Source: Pavona decussata
Lineage: Eukaryota
Assembly: GCA_977016875.1 (NCBI GenBank)
Contig: CDRNST010000114.1
Coordinates: 558,001 to 622,000 of the forward strand
Direction: 5' to 3'
Length of the DNA stretch: 64,000 nucleotides
The position numbers were made by a program, and so were the translations under genes. The notes beneath the pieces were generated by a model that saw only the letters and a program-made list of their open reading frames with translations, did not search any database and was not told the DNA's origin. Of this stretch, positions 1 through 12,500 are shown one piece after another; within the stretch, counting starts at the first letter, position 1, and each line of letters opens with the position of its first letter.

Positions 1-487
1 TGTGCATGGTGCAACACTGTTTGGGAACTCTAATTTTGTAGTAATGTTATCAGTCGCAGTCAACGATGAGATATTTCGCCTGTTCAATGACTACACAAGT
101 GTCCCAATTGCTCTTAATGAACAGTGATCGAAACACTTCTTGATCCACAAATTTAATGTTGAAATGTTCAATGTTCTCCACGCGGTCCGCGTAGTTTAAT
201 TTCCCACTACAGAAACTGTAAGAAAACTGGTACAAGTAAGGAAGAAAGGGATCGCTTGGGTCGCACAGACGAATAAAGTATATTTTTCGGCATTTCCTAC
301 GGGTAGTGTAGCTCTTGTCGTGCGCTGACAACCTGCGATCCCCTAAAAGGGCTATTTATTTCTCAACAAAGGGGCGAACATATATTTTTAAAACGTTTCC
401 TTTGTTCAGTTAATCACAACCTGTTTTCTTTGATTTATCATGAAAAAAGGCAAAAGAACCAAGGAATTAATCAATATACTATCTTAC

Positions 488-541
488 TTTGCTTCCTGTA
501 GTTTGATCTTCAGTTGTTCAATGGCTTGCTCAAACCGCGTT
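488..541 (-). CDS. GCC2: GCC2-like exon 53
   Basis: 54 nt, phase 2-2, TRFEQAIEQLKIKLQEA. Confidence 0.85.
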
Positions 542-3500
542 CTGAAAATTACATGAGAAAAAATCATTCAAACGTTGCGACGAGCTTCCTAAAGACAACA
601 CTGAAGAGCATACAAACCTTTCCGAGTTTTCCAGTTCTACCGGCTGCGGAGAAGGTTTGGATTTCTGTTGTTTGAGAACACTGTGAACACGAGTCTAAGA
701 AAAAGAAACGGTGATAGTAATAAACACATCCAAAGACAAGGAATCCAGCCAAAATACGTAGTGTTTTATTCAGCTCTGCCTTAAGCAAAACTGACCGCAA
801 TCTTTTAATTTATCGATTTGTTTGTTTGTTTATTTATTTATTTATTAATTCATTCATTTATTCATATTTAATAATAACAACAGTATTTGTAGAGCGCATT
901 CTCTACATAACTATTCGAATGCAAACTAAGACTAATTTCTATATAACAACGTTTTCAGTTTCGATTTTAAAATTGTCAACAGAAATTGAGTTGCGCAGTT
1001 CTAGAGGAAAAGCATTCCAGAAATTGATTGATTGGTTGATTCATTTGCGGTGAAAGATTGATAATGAGACAGGCCTCACACTGCTCAAACACCTATTCAA
1101 TCCATAAGCAAACAGTTTCATCGCAGACTTTTAAAAAAAGCCGCGCACATAACGTAGTGACCTACCTTGTAGCTTTCGAACTCAGCCCGCGTTGCTTCAT
1201 GGGCCAGTTTAGAACTTTCCCACTCTGCTTTCACTTTGGCAAGTTTAGTTTCCAGGCCCTCGACACTACGCCTGTTGCTTTCCGTGGAGGAACGAAGCTA
1301 AGGGAAAAACAGGAAGCACGTCTGAGAATATTACAAGTTTTTCGTTGCCCACTTTTCTCTCCCCTCCGCCCCCTTACACCCCTCACCTTTACCAAAACTG
1401 ATACTTCTGTTCCACTACAGTTCTTGTATCACCAGCACTCGATTTCTACGGCTGTCATTAAGGCCCCTGCAAACGTTTGTGTGGTTCTGCAAACCTTCTG
1501 CATTGTTTCAGAAACATTATTCGGAAACAATATTTTCCAAGTGCTTCTCCATGTTTGCGCGCACACGAAAGATTTGGTGCGGAAACATTCTTTGCTTTCG
1601 ACAAAGGAACAGTGTTCCTGATTCTTGTCAGAAACATTTTGCCCCTTTCGTCATTAAACGTTTTCCCATTTCCAAAGCCACGAAACGTTGAACGAATCGA
1701 ATGCAACATCACCTTAAAGGACCTGAGAACGTCCCGGTAGAAGTGCTGATCGAAAACTTAACTCTTCAAAAAAGAAATATTCGAATTGTGTAAAACATTG
1801 TGTGGGATATGGAAACAAGCAACGGGATGTATGCAGCGCTTCACTTACTTGCTGTTGGTAGCTTTGGCTTTCAGCGGTCAAGGAAGAGATCTCCACCTGA
1901 AGAAAGAGAAGGGAAGAAAACATGGTAAGGCAAAACATCCCACGCGCGTCGACCACCATAACCTATACTTCAATAAAAGATTTAGTACACACAATACAAT
2001 AGAAACTTTACTGAAGCACAAAAGCTACGACTGAAAATTAAAACTAAGAAAAAAGAAACAAGCTAAGTTCAGAGGAGCTCTCTCGCGAGGAGCGGGAGTC
2101 TCAAACAGATTCTAAAAATTGTAATGTGAGATGGCTACGTAAAATTGGACAGTCTACAAAAAAATAAGAGGGAAAAAGTAAAAAGCTTGGTTTTTATAGT
2201 TTAAACGTTCATTTTGTTTAACAATTGATGACCTTAACTGCTGCTGTTTCGCCAATGATCCTTTTTCTTTTCATTCAACAAACAAGACTAAGAAAATAAA
2301 GGGCAAATAAAATAACCTTATATTCCTCAGCCTGCTGAGTGGCGGATTCCAGCTGTCCTTTCAACTGAGACCCAGTCACCTCTTGTTCCATTAACTGCAA
2401 AGACAAAATCAAGAAATCCTTACTGTTTTCCTCGTAATTCGATTTTGGAAGGTTAGCTCCAACTATTTAACGCAATTCCCGTCTTATTTAACCCGTGTTC
2501 ACGCAACAGGTCGTACCGCTGAATTTCATCCCGATGAAATTGCGGAATGCATCGTTCCAGCTTTGCTTCTCAGATAAGAGAGCAAAAATGAAAGGGTCGG
2601 GAAAATATCACACCTGCTTCTTGGCTTCCGCGAGTTCTTTCTTCGTTTTTACCAGCACAGATTTCATTTTCAGCGCTCTTTCCTCGGCTTGTTGTCGCTG
2701 GCTGTCCACCATGTCTACAACAAAGACAAACTTAAATTGTTAGAAAAAGGTCTGCAACTGAAGCTAATAATTCTCAGTCCCAACGTGGCGGATCAAGACC
2801 GATACCAACAATTTAGAAATACCGTAAAATTTCTAGTATAAGCTCTGAACTTATACTCGTTCAAAGTACTTTTTACTGAGGGGGTTATTTTCAGTGCCAC
2901 ACGTTCGTTATTATCGGAAGGATTTTAGCGTCTTTTTTTTGGGGGGGGGGGGGGAGGGGTCGGGTGTAGCACGGCTGGTTTACTGAAGAATGTTACTGTA
3001 TCAGAAAGGCTGATCAAGTTCAATGAATCAACTAAGTGACTTTTGGACGTCTTGGCGCAACTAAAGCCAAAAAATAAGGTGACCATGTGTTGCGCACAGT
3101 TTCAAGGATGAACACAGGGCGATGAAACGCACGATGAAACTAAGCCATCGATCTCTTAAGCGGGCTTAACAAGTCAGCAATAAAGGCAACGCGTTTACAA
3201 CTGGTATCGCAAACAACATGGGTTCAAATCCTTCTCAAGTCCGAATTTGTTCTATACTTCCAGTCATAGTACACATATGTTATTTTCTTCATGTATATAT
3301 ATTTACTGATGTCAGTCAATTTCTCTTCTTACCTATCTGTGCTTTGAAGTCTTCTGCCCTCTTCTCTGTCCTAGACACCTCCTCTTGTGAGTCTTGCAGT
3401 GCCTTTTCTTTGTCCGAAAGTTTGGTTTGTAGCGCCTCCAACGATTTCTGATAATCCTCCATTTCTAAGCTCATCAAACTGCTCTGATTTGCTTCCTTAT

Positions 3501-6500
3501 TTCATGAACAACAAGAACAATTTGTCAGAGGCATAACTTTTCAACTCCACCCAAAACACTACGAGAACACTACGCATTTAATCCCAGTAGAGCCATAAAA
3601 AGTCGTACAGCCCTTTTCAAAAGAGCGCGGCCTTACACAACTGAAGTTGAAACAATCTTGTTTCCGCGTAACGTCAACTGAACAACAGAGAGAGATGTGT
3701 TCGCCGTCGGTCACTTCTCTTTTACACTTACCACGGCCCCAAAACAACAATTCTTGACAACATAAAAAAAAAACATACTAGATTACAATACAGTCTTTTT
3801 ATCTCTTGAAATTCACCAAGGGAGACGCAAATCAGTAAAAGCGCCAACTCGCGAGGAGCGAAGCGTGGATTCGCGCGAGTACCCCTCCTCTATCCATCTG
3901 TCCGTGACCCGTACTGAGCCTGGCTAAAACACCATAATTACGGACCGATATTTTACTGTTTTCAAGAATGTTGTGAGCACTCTAATGTCTCTTTCTATGA
4001 CAGTCCATCCATTTCGATAACGGCGAATTGTCCGCCTCATCTGTTGTGGTTTGTAGATGTGTCTGAAGACGATTTACGAGATAAGGCGAGAAAGCGCAAA
4101 ACACTTACCTAAGAGAGTCGTTAATTTTTGGAGTTGACATCAATAACCCTCATGCCAAAATGGCTAACTTTTTATTTGCATTCAAATTAGCCCTTCTTGC
4201 CACGTTCAAGATAAAATATTATTTTGATTTTTGAGCTTAAAAACGAAGTAAGGAGAGCTAATTTGAATACGAAGGAAAGTCATGGTAGCCATTTTGGAAT
4301 AAGCTCTATGGACAGGGGGGAAATCAGCTCGTTGTTCTGTGAATACCTTTTCAGCAGCCTCTAGTTGCCGTTTTGTAGTCTCCAGTTGGTTTCTCGTCTC
4401 CTCGTGCCGCCTTCGTTCTTCTGTTAAATCTTCCTCGCTGTTTTCCAGTTTACTTAACAACTGAAAAAAACATTTGAAACAAAATTATGAATTAGTAACA
4501 ATGATAAAATTGCTCGTTATCATTCACATTGCCGTGGTCTAAACTTTGTTTTGGTTTGAAATTTTGAGAAACCAGATTGATTTTAATTTTCCTTTGTTCA
4601 AAATTATTGCAAGGCGAATGAAAATTAACTTGATAGATGTATTTTTTCATACAGTAATACAGTCATGCTCCAGGGTAGCTCAGTGACTATGCCTGTGAAA
4701 CTCACTGAAAAAATACAAAAATATCATTTGTTCACCAGGCTGAAAACATACATCACATTCACTTCACAAAAAGTAAACTGGCACCAAAAACAAATTTAAA
4801 CAACAAAAACGAAAACAACAACATGGATTACAACAGTTTTTAAAGCAGTACAAACCTCATTATTCTCTTTACTGACTTGTTCCAGCTCTTCTGTTGTTGC
4901 AGCAAGTTCATTTTCAAGAGCACCAATTTCCTGACCGTCCTTGTCACTCTCTGTTTTCAGGATCTGGGGAGGGGGGAAGATAGAGAGAAAACCGCATAAG
5001 ACGAGGCTTATAATTCGACGTTAATAAATCCCACCCCCGTTGAAATTCTAGCACCTCTTTTCCCATTCGATAGCAGTAACATGCTTTGTAAATATTTTAC
5101 TCATGTTCCAGAATCCTCACCTGTCACCATCCATCCCAAGTAAAGATTTCTACCAAAACCGCCCTCAAAAATAGCAATTCTTAATACTCTCAAGTGGACA
5201 CACTAAAAGTTACGGTGAATCAACGAATTAACCCTGCAGTGAAAGTTTAAGTGCTGAGGTGAACACATTGATTTCCATCTGATCTTTAGCCCTGGGAAGG
5301 AAATGGGAGACAGAATGAGGCACAAAAAAACATCTTTGCCCTGGGCGGGAATCGAACCCACGACCTCTGGATAAGATCAACCGTTGCTTTACCGACTTAG
5401 CTACGAGGCTAGGCTGGAACAAGTCGTGACTGAGGAATATGGCAATTCGCGGCGATGAGAATGCAGAGTTATTCCATTTCACTGCGAAGTTCCTTATCTG
5501 ATTCACCATTTGTGTCATTATTTTGTGCTACGTGGCACAACGATGAGACCACTGGGAGGAGATTACTTTACATTGACGTTATGTTTGCAGCTAGGGCGGT
5601 CAAAGACCACCAGAGTATACCTCCACTTCTTTGATAAATTCCTGGATTTGCGTGTTGAGCTTTTCCTGTTCTGCTTTGGAGTCGGTTCGCTCTCTTTCCA
5701 CAACCTTTAAATTATACAATCAAAGCACCTTTTAATTTTCAAATTCATTAATAGTCCATGAAAAGAAAACAAAGGAAAACACTACCGAGAATTAAGGAAG
5801 TAACGTGATGTTAATTTTCATAAAATGTGGTGAACTTTCACTTCTCCAAGAATTATTAATGGTTTGAGAAGCTATATCAAACGTTCGAAAGAATGCTTCG
5901 TCCGATTTCCAAACACCTCGAAGTTGTTGTTGTTTTTTTAACAACTTGCCTGCGCCTCGTTTTTTTTTTCAAACCAATTCTCGGTGTTCGGAAATTGGAT
6001 GAAGCTCTCTTCCTTGTGTTTGATATATTGCTCAAAAAGCAGTATTACCGATTATTTTAAGGACGGCAGAAACGAGGAGCCAAGGACATGTCCCCTCGCG
6101 TGTGCTAACCTTTCCTTCACTTATTTCCATGGTTTATCGGCGCAATGAACTATTTCAGATATTAAAAGCATTAACAACGCCTAATACGATCGCGAATCGC
6201 GGGCCTCAAGCACAACATCAAGGAGTAAGGATAGCTTTGGTAATCAGATGAACTAAAAGAAAAAGGGACTGATCCACTGGCCGATTTAATATATACGACG
6301 TAAGAAAAAGAAGGAAACAATACAGAAAATTTAACTGATGATTATGGATGGAGCGACAAGACTGTGTGGATTAGAATTGCTAGGGGGAGGGGAGGGGGGC
6401 TACAGCGGGCTACGTCGGATGACCGAATTGACAACTACGGCACCGACGTTCAAATAAAAACCCTTGCCTTTAACAGAGCTTCATAGTTTTTGCTCAAACT

Positions 6501-9500
6501 TTCGTTTTCAATTGACAATTTCTCTGCTCCTTGGCGGGCATTTGCCAGTTCCTCCTCAATCTGAGTCACGCTATCACTTGACCTGCAACAAATTATACAA
6601 CAAAGTTTAAAATTAAAACTAAAATCTACTACATTTAGTTTACCCGTGCATGCAATTTCAGATTGGTTAATAGAAACGCTACGCGGTGAGTCGTTTGACT
6701 TGATATTTAGGATAGAGCCGAGAACTGGCCTTCGTTTCAAAATGTTTCTTCTGGGCAACAAAAATCGACGCAACCATTTTCTCCATTAGCGCGTTCGTAT
6801 ATTCTCACGTGAATTTATCCTTCCTTTGGAAGACAAAGGGTTAAGTGACAGACAATGGCTTAAAGACAAACTCAACTCACTTAGATTTCTCTGTTTCCAG
6901 TTCCTCTTGAAGTTTCGACAGTTGGTTTTGTAGCTCCTGTGACACAACGGACAATATCAATCATAATAATTGACTTGTAAGCGTACAACACTCCCAAAGT
7001 ATAACCACATCAGACTGGCTTAGTTTTTGTTTCGTTTTTTTTTGTTTGTTTTTCATTTAAACATACTTACATACAATTACATGTTTGTCCTAAGAGCTCA
7101 ATGAGCTCATCTAGGGGGCGTACATGTAGATTTTAATGACTGAGTTTGTGTTTAAAATCAAATTCATCAAGCCACTAACTCACACCATTAGGGGTAACTC
7201 TTCAGGTAAACACAAGGAGTCTCTCAAGTTTGCTAGCTCTATTTTTGTCGATTAGTTTTCCAACGTTTGACTGTCGCGTATATGCCTTTTAAAATCAAGT
7301 AATTCGGTTGCAGCCGCTTCTTTCGGTCGAGCCTTCAATTTACTGTCCAACCCTCTTTCTTCTTACCTGATATTCACTCGTTTGCTTCAGCGTTTCTTCT
7401 TGCTGTTTAACAAACTGTTCGTTCAATGTCTGCGCATCCTCCTTCAGTCCTTCTATTGTTGAGCTCAGCTCATCTTTTTCTTCCTTCCACTAAACGAAAC
7501 AAGTAATGAAAAATTAATAATTGAGGACACTTCGCCACTTCAGTAAATTGCTGTCCCAAGGCGCCATAGCGAGACCCAAATGCGACAACGAAAATCCACA
7601 CCACTGTTTAAGGCCCTATTTACATGGAGGGAGGAAGATCTTAGCACTCGGAAGATCCTAGATGGCGGATCATCCTAGCGCCAATGATATGGTTTCTGTA
7701 TTCATCTTACTTGCAAAAGTTGTACTTAGCTCTAACGCTAAGATCTTCCTAGCTAAGAGATAGGAAGATCCTAGCACCCTGTAAACAACCTTCGCGCGGA
7801 ACGTCCTAGTAGTACTAGGGACTAAAAAAAAAACATGGCGCAGGTCGGGCGTTCAGCTGCTAAAGGACGACAACTTTTCTTCTTTTCCTTTTCCACTTAG
7901 TAAGCACCCCGACCAACATTTCTGCACGTCAAGCTAACGAAAAGTTGTTTCGCCTTCTAGGATCGTCCTAGTGCTAGGATCTTCCTCCCTCCAAGTGAAC
8001 AGCCCACTTAAATTCCCTGCTCCGCTATTCGCACCTGTTGTTCCCATAGATGGAAACAGTGAGATAGCGATTTCTATTATATCTTACAAGCGCGCAGAAG
8101 CATGTTTGTTAAGGGGGGTATCAGCGTTTGGATTCCAAATTAGAATGATCCCCAACCGCTGACTGGATTTTATTTTCAGAGGTCAGGATATTCAGTGAAA
8201 CATTTTTCATTTATTTGATGTAGGGTTCCTTCAGAGTTTTGGATGAGTGAATTCTAGAAATGGGAAACCAAATTTGTTCGAGAACTGAGCGAGAATTACA
8301 GATTGCGCCGCTGAGGTTATTGTACTTGCAAAGAAATTATCGTGATGTTATTTTTTAAGCCTGGTGAATGAACGATGGATGATTTTTTCAGTCAGTCACA
8401 CAGGTCCTTTGGAATGTCATAGGTTCGACTCCTGTTGGTCGAACTCCGATTTTCTTTTTCTGAGTATGCCTGAGTCAATGACTGAAAAATTCATCTATCA
8501 AAGAAATTAATTAACAGCACACGAGAATTGCCGTTCAAACGGAAAACATCAGACCTTAGTGTGTTATTGCACAAACCTGTTTCTTCTGAGTCTCCAGTTC
8601 TTTCTTCGCCTTTACCGCCACTTGTTTAAACTTGTTCATCTTGTCGTCTTTCTCTTTGCTCTCTCGCACAAGAGAATCTGTGAAGTTTGTTAAAACGCAG
8701 CAATGTAAATGAATTCACTTCAACAGAAACCAAAACAGGGCCAATACTTTAGGTGATAACGCTCGTGCTCCTAAAAGTGTAGATAATAGCAATTTTTTTT
8801 TTTTGCTAGCTTGATCAAATCTTCATTTTGGTCTCGTATGAAAGTCGAAACGAAATTCCTTTAGTATTCATACCTGCGTTTTGAGACTTATAAAAGCGTC
8901 AAATTTCACTTCCGGTTGGGTACAATGCCGAGCAAGACGGAAGACTGGGGATAGTAGGGTTGTGACGTCAACACAGGGTCACTAGTTACACTGTTTCTCT
9001 GTTCCTCAGTTCTTCGTGTGCGGAGGAAGAAAACTGCCTGGACGAAATTATGACTGGGAATGTTGATTGCTGACAATGAAACAACTGAGGAATAGAGAAA
9101 CCGCGAAAGTAGCGATTCTGTATTGACATCACATGGTACCCAACAAAAGGGAAATTTCACGTTTTTATACACCTCAAACGCGAAGAAAAATTGACAAAAA
9201 CCTTTTTATCCATTTTCATACGAGAACAACAAGCAAATAAAAAAATCCTGTCAAATACACTTTAACGAAAATCTATAGGCTTGACTGAGAAGAGAAAGCC
9301 TGTCTTCGTCCTTAAAAAAGTTTATTTAGTTGTATATAATTTCTGCTGCTTTAAATTTTATAGAAATGTCATGAAATTAATCTAAAATAAAACTTAAAGC
9401 ATTCCTCCCACAAAAAAAGAAAAAAAAAATTAAGGGTTACAACTGACTGATCAGTTTAAACTTCATCACGTGATGATTCACTCGACTCAGATGACTTCCG

Positions 9501-12500
9501 CTAAGGTTTCCCGATCCATAAGCCTTTTAATGTCAAACTTCTATTCAAAGCATACAATCCCTGAAAGTTACAATCTAAATTGTAAAACGTACCTCGAGCC
9601 TCCGTGGTAGCTTCCAATTCTTTTTGTAGTTCTTCAATTCTGTTTGTAAAAAGGTGAACTTCTTGAGCTCCACACTCCATCTCGCTACTCAAGCTCGACA
9701 TTGCAGTTTGTACAGACTCCACTTCCACTTGTTTCTCGCTTAACTGAACTTCAAGTCTCTTCAATTCCATTCCTTTTGCCTCAAGAGCTTCAGTCAGTGA
9801 TTGAATACTTGATTCAAGGGCGGAGATTTTGCCGGTATTTTCCTCCTCACGGGTCTTGTATTTCTGCAGCTCTCCATCGTTCCTTTCGATCGTTTGATTT
9901 TTATCGGATAGTTCATTTTCCATCTTGGTTATATCCATTTGCTGGGCCTCAATTTTCGATTCTAAGTCCGCGCAATAATGTTCTTTTTCCTCGTTCAATG
10001 ACTTCAACTGCTGCAATTCTTCTTCTTTGAGCAATAAATCCTTATCTATAGAAGCAAGCTGTTGTTCAAATGCTTCCACTTTTTTCTTTAATTTTCGTAC
10101 CATCTCCTCCTTCGAAGTAACAGATTCATTAAGTGATCCAACCTTGTCAGAAAGCTCTTTCCTTTCAAGCTTTAGTCTTTCATTTTCCTCTTCCCTTTTC
10201 AATACGGACTGATTTAATTTCTCGTTGAATTCCTGTAGAGTTCTTATTTCGTTTTCCTTGGAAGTGGAATTTTCTTTAGAATCCATCACATCTTTCTCTT
10301 TCAACTCCAAAGCCTGTTTAAGTGAAACAATAGTTTCATCTTGCTGTTTAGATCTCACTTCAGTTGCTTCCCTTTCCTCATTTTGTTTGTTAATCATTTC
10401 TTCCAACGATCGTATTTTTGACCTAAAATCCTCAGCATCTTGTAAATGTTCTTGCAATCTCTCTTGAATTTCACTACTGTTCTTTCCTCTTTCTTGTAAA
10501 CTAACCTCCAGAGTTTGCATCTGCGATTTCAAACTTTGCACTTCCTCCGAAAATTTGTTGTTCAGTTCCTTAGAAGTCGCCAACTCCATTGCTGTTTCTT
10601 CTACTCTTACATTTGAACTGTTCACCACTTCTTGATAATTCTCCAACTCTTTCTCCTTTTTGCTCAATGTCTCCTTACAATTTTCAACTTCAATATCCTT
10701 TGCCTGAACGCTTTTGTTTAAAGTTTCAACGCTCAGCTCAAGAGCTTTGATTTGCTCTTCTTGTGAAGTCAATGTTTCATTGGATTTAGTTCCTTCTTGA
10801 GCTTTTTCTTCAAGCTGTCCGCTCAATGTTTTCACCTTCTCCTGAGATTTCTGCAAATTCTGCTTTAACTGCTTCACCGCTTTTACCGCTTTCTTAAATT
10901 CGTCTTCCTTGCTTTGTAATTTCCCTGTAACATCATTGAAACTCTCATTAACTGCTTCAAGTTCGTTCTTCTGTTGCTCCAACCTGGAGGACAATTCTGT
11001 CAATCGGTTTTCTTTCTCTTCTAAACTTCTGTTCAAATTCTCAATAGTTAAAGCCATCGCTTCTTTCTCGTTGCTCAAACTTTCTACATTCTCATTCATC
11101 TTGTCCACGGACTGACTCAAATTCTCTTTTTCCCGAAGAGAATCACTTCTTAATTCCAGAAGTTCTTTTTCTTTAACAGCGTGCGATTCTTTCAATGCAC
11201 TCAGCTCCGATTTCAGTTCTTCTAATTCTTTACTCTTGTCGTGAAGTTCGTTTAAGGTTTCAGTTAGTTCGCTTCCTTTTTCATCGAATGACGCGTTCAG
11301 TGTTTGCACAGTTTCTTTCAAGCAATGATTATCCTGCAATGAAACACGTAGCATTGAAAGTAACGATCAACAGACTGCTACAAACAGGTTTATAACTAAA
11401 TTCGTGTTTGAAGAAAGTGTAGCTTCGCTGTCCGACTTGTGAAGTAATGGAAATGAAATTTACACATGAAGACTCCCGAAGCAAAGTTTTTTAAAAGAGA
11501 AAAACCGAAGACGCTTAAGGGCTTTCGATCATCACGAGATATTCCGAAGATTATTCGAACGCTTCATATCCCTCGACCGAAGGCTACCTTGGCAATGCTA
11601 AAGGCCAACCGAACGAATTCCGAAGTTCACAAAGTTTATTCGTTGTTTTAATCAAGTTGCGAGTCTCACCTGTTGTAAGCCGCTGTTAATTTCTTGCAAG
11701 TCAGAAAGCTGTTGATAATGCTGTGACTCAGTCGACAGTTGACCCGATTGGACTTCAGCCAGACGTCCTGATAAATCCTACATTTCAAAGCGAAAACAAA
11801 TCATTATTAACACGATGAAAGTACTTTTTAACAGTACATTTCCAACAAACCACCACGATCATAGCAACTGTCTATTTAAGTGCACACCTTAAGATCTTAA
11901 AGTCGTTTCAGTAATCGGTATTTTGTATGCAGATACAGAATACTGGTTTAGCTATTTTTCTGGTTGCCAAACAAATCGAGAATTACAGCGTTTGAATAAA
12001 AACCATTGCCTATACCAACGTTTGTAACTTTCTCTTCGAGAACATTGTCGAGTATGTGTATGAAGTCTTGGGAACCCGGCAGACTTGAGTGTCTGCAACA
12101 GCGGTTGATCGAGACGAAACCTTGCAAGATAAAACACTACACATAGCTAGGAGCGGAGTCAGGGTTGCCCCTAGTCGGGATAAAACAAGCGTTTGCAGAG
12201 TGTTACTCTGCAACTCTGTAACTGTATAATATTAAATTATGCACAAAGAATCACTAGTTTATCATCAACATTTATTTTGTCTTTCACTATACTAACCTTG
12301 TGTTCTTTGGACAAGGCGTCAAATTGCACGTGTAAGTCATCTAACTCCTCATGAAGCTGTTCGACATAATCATTCAATTCCTACAACGAAATGAGAGTTT
12401 TTATACAAAGAGTACTTACTACTGACGTGGTAGTCTGATTAAGAACAACTAAAAATACCAATTCCTGTAGTGTTAATCCATAGTTAGCGAAGTGTCAATT

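Noticed and set aside
50-331. 93-aa minus-strand ORF as next GCC2 exon or separate gene
   Set aside because: Not coiled-coil, no recognisable motif, non-ATG start; probably part of a repeat.
1058-1740. Plus-strand ORFs of 70-187 aa
   Set aside because: Antisense shadow of exon 51 plus a degenerate MITE (~1460-1715); no protein motifs.
5322-5412. tRNA genes (also ~12560-12630, 24690-24770, 26100-26170, 51590-51660, 56585-56657)
   Set aside because: A/B boxes are present, but acceptor stems are poor and the heads run into repeat bodies: SINEs, not tRNAs.
9501-11354. Stand-alone 617-aa gene
   Set aside because: It is one internal exon (9593-11333) bounded by splice sites in phase with neighbouring exons.
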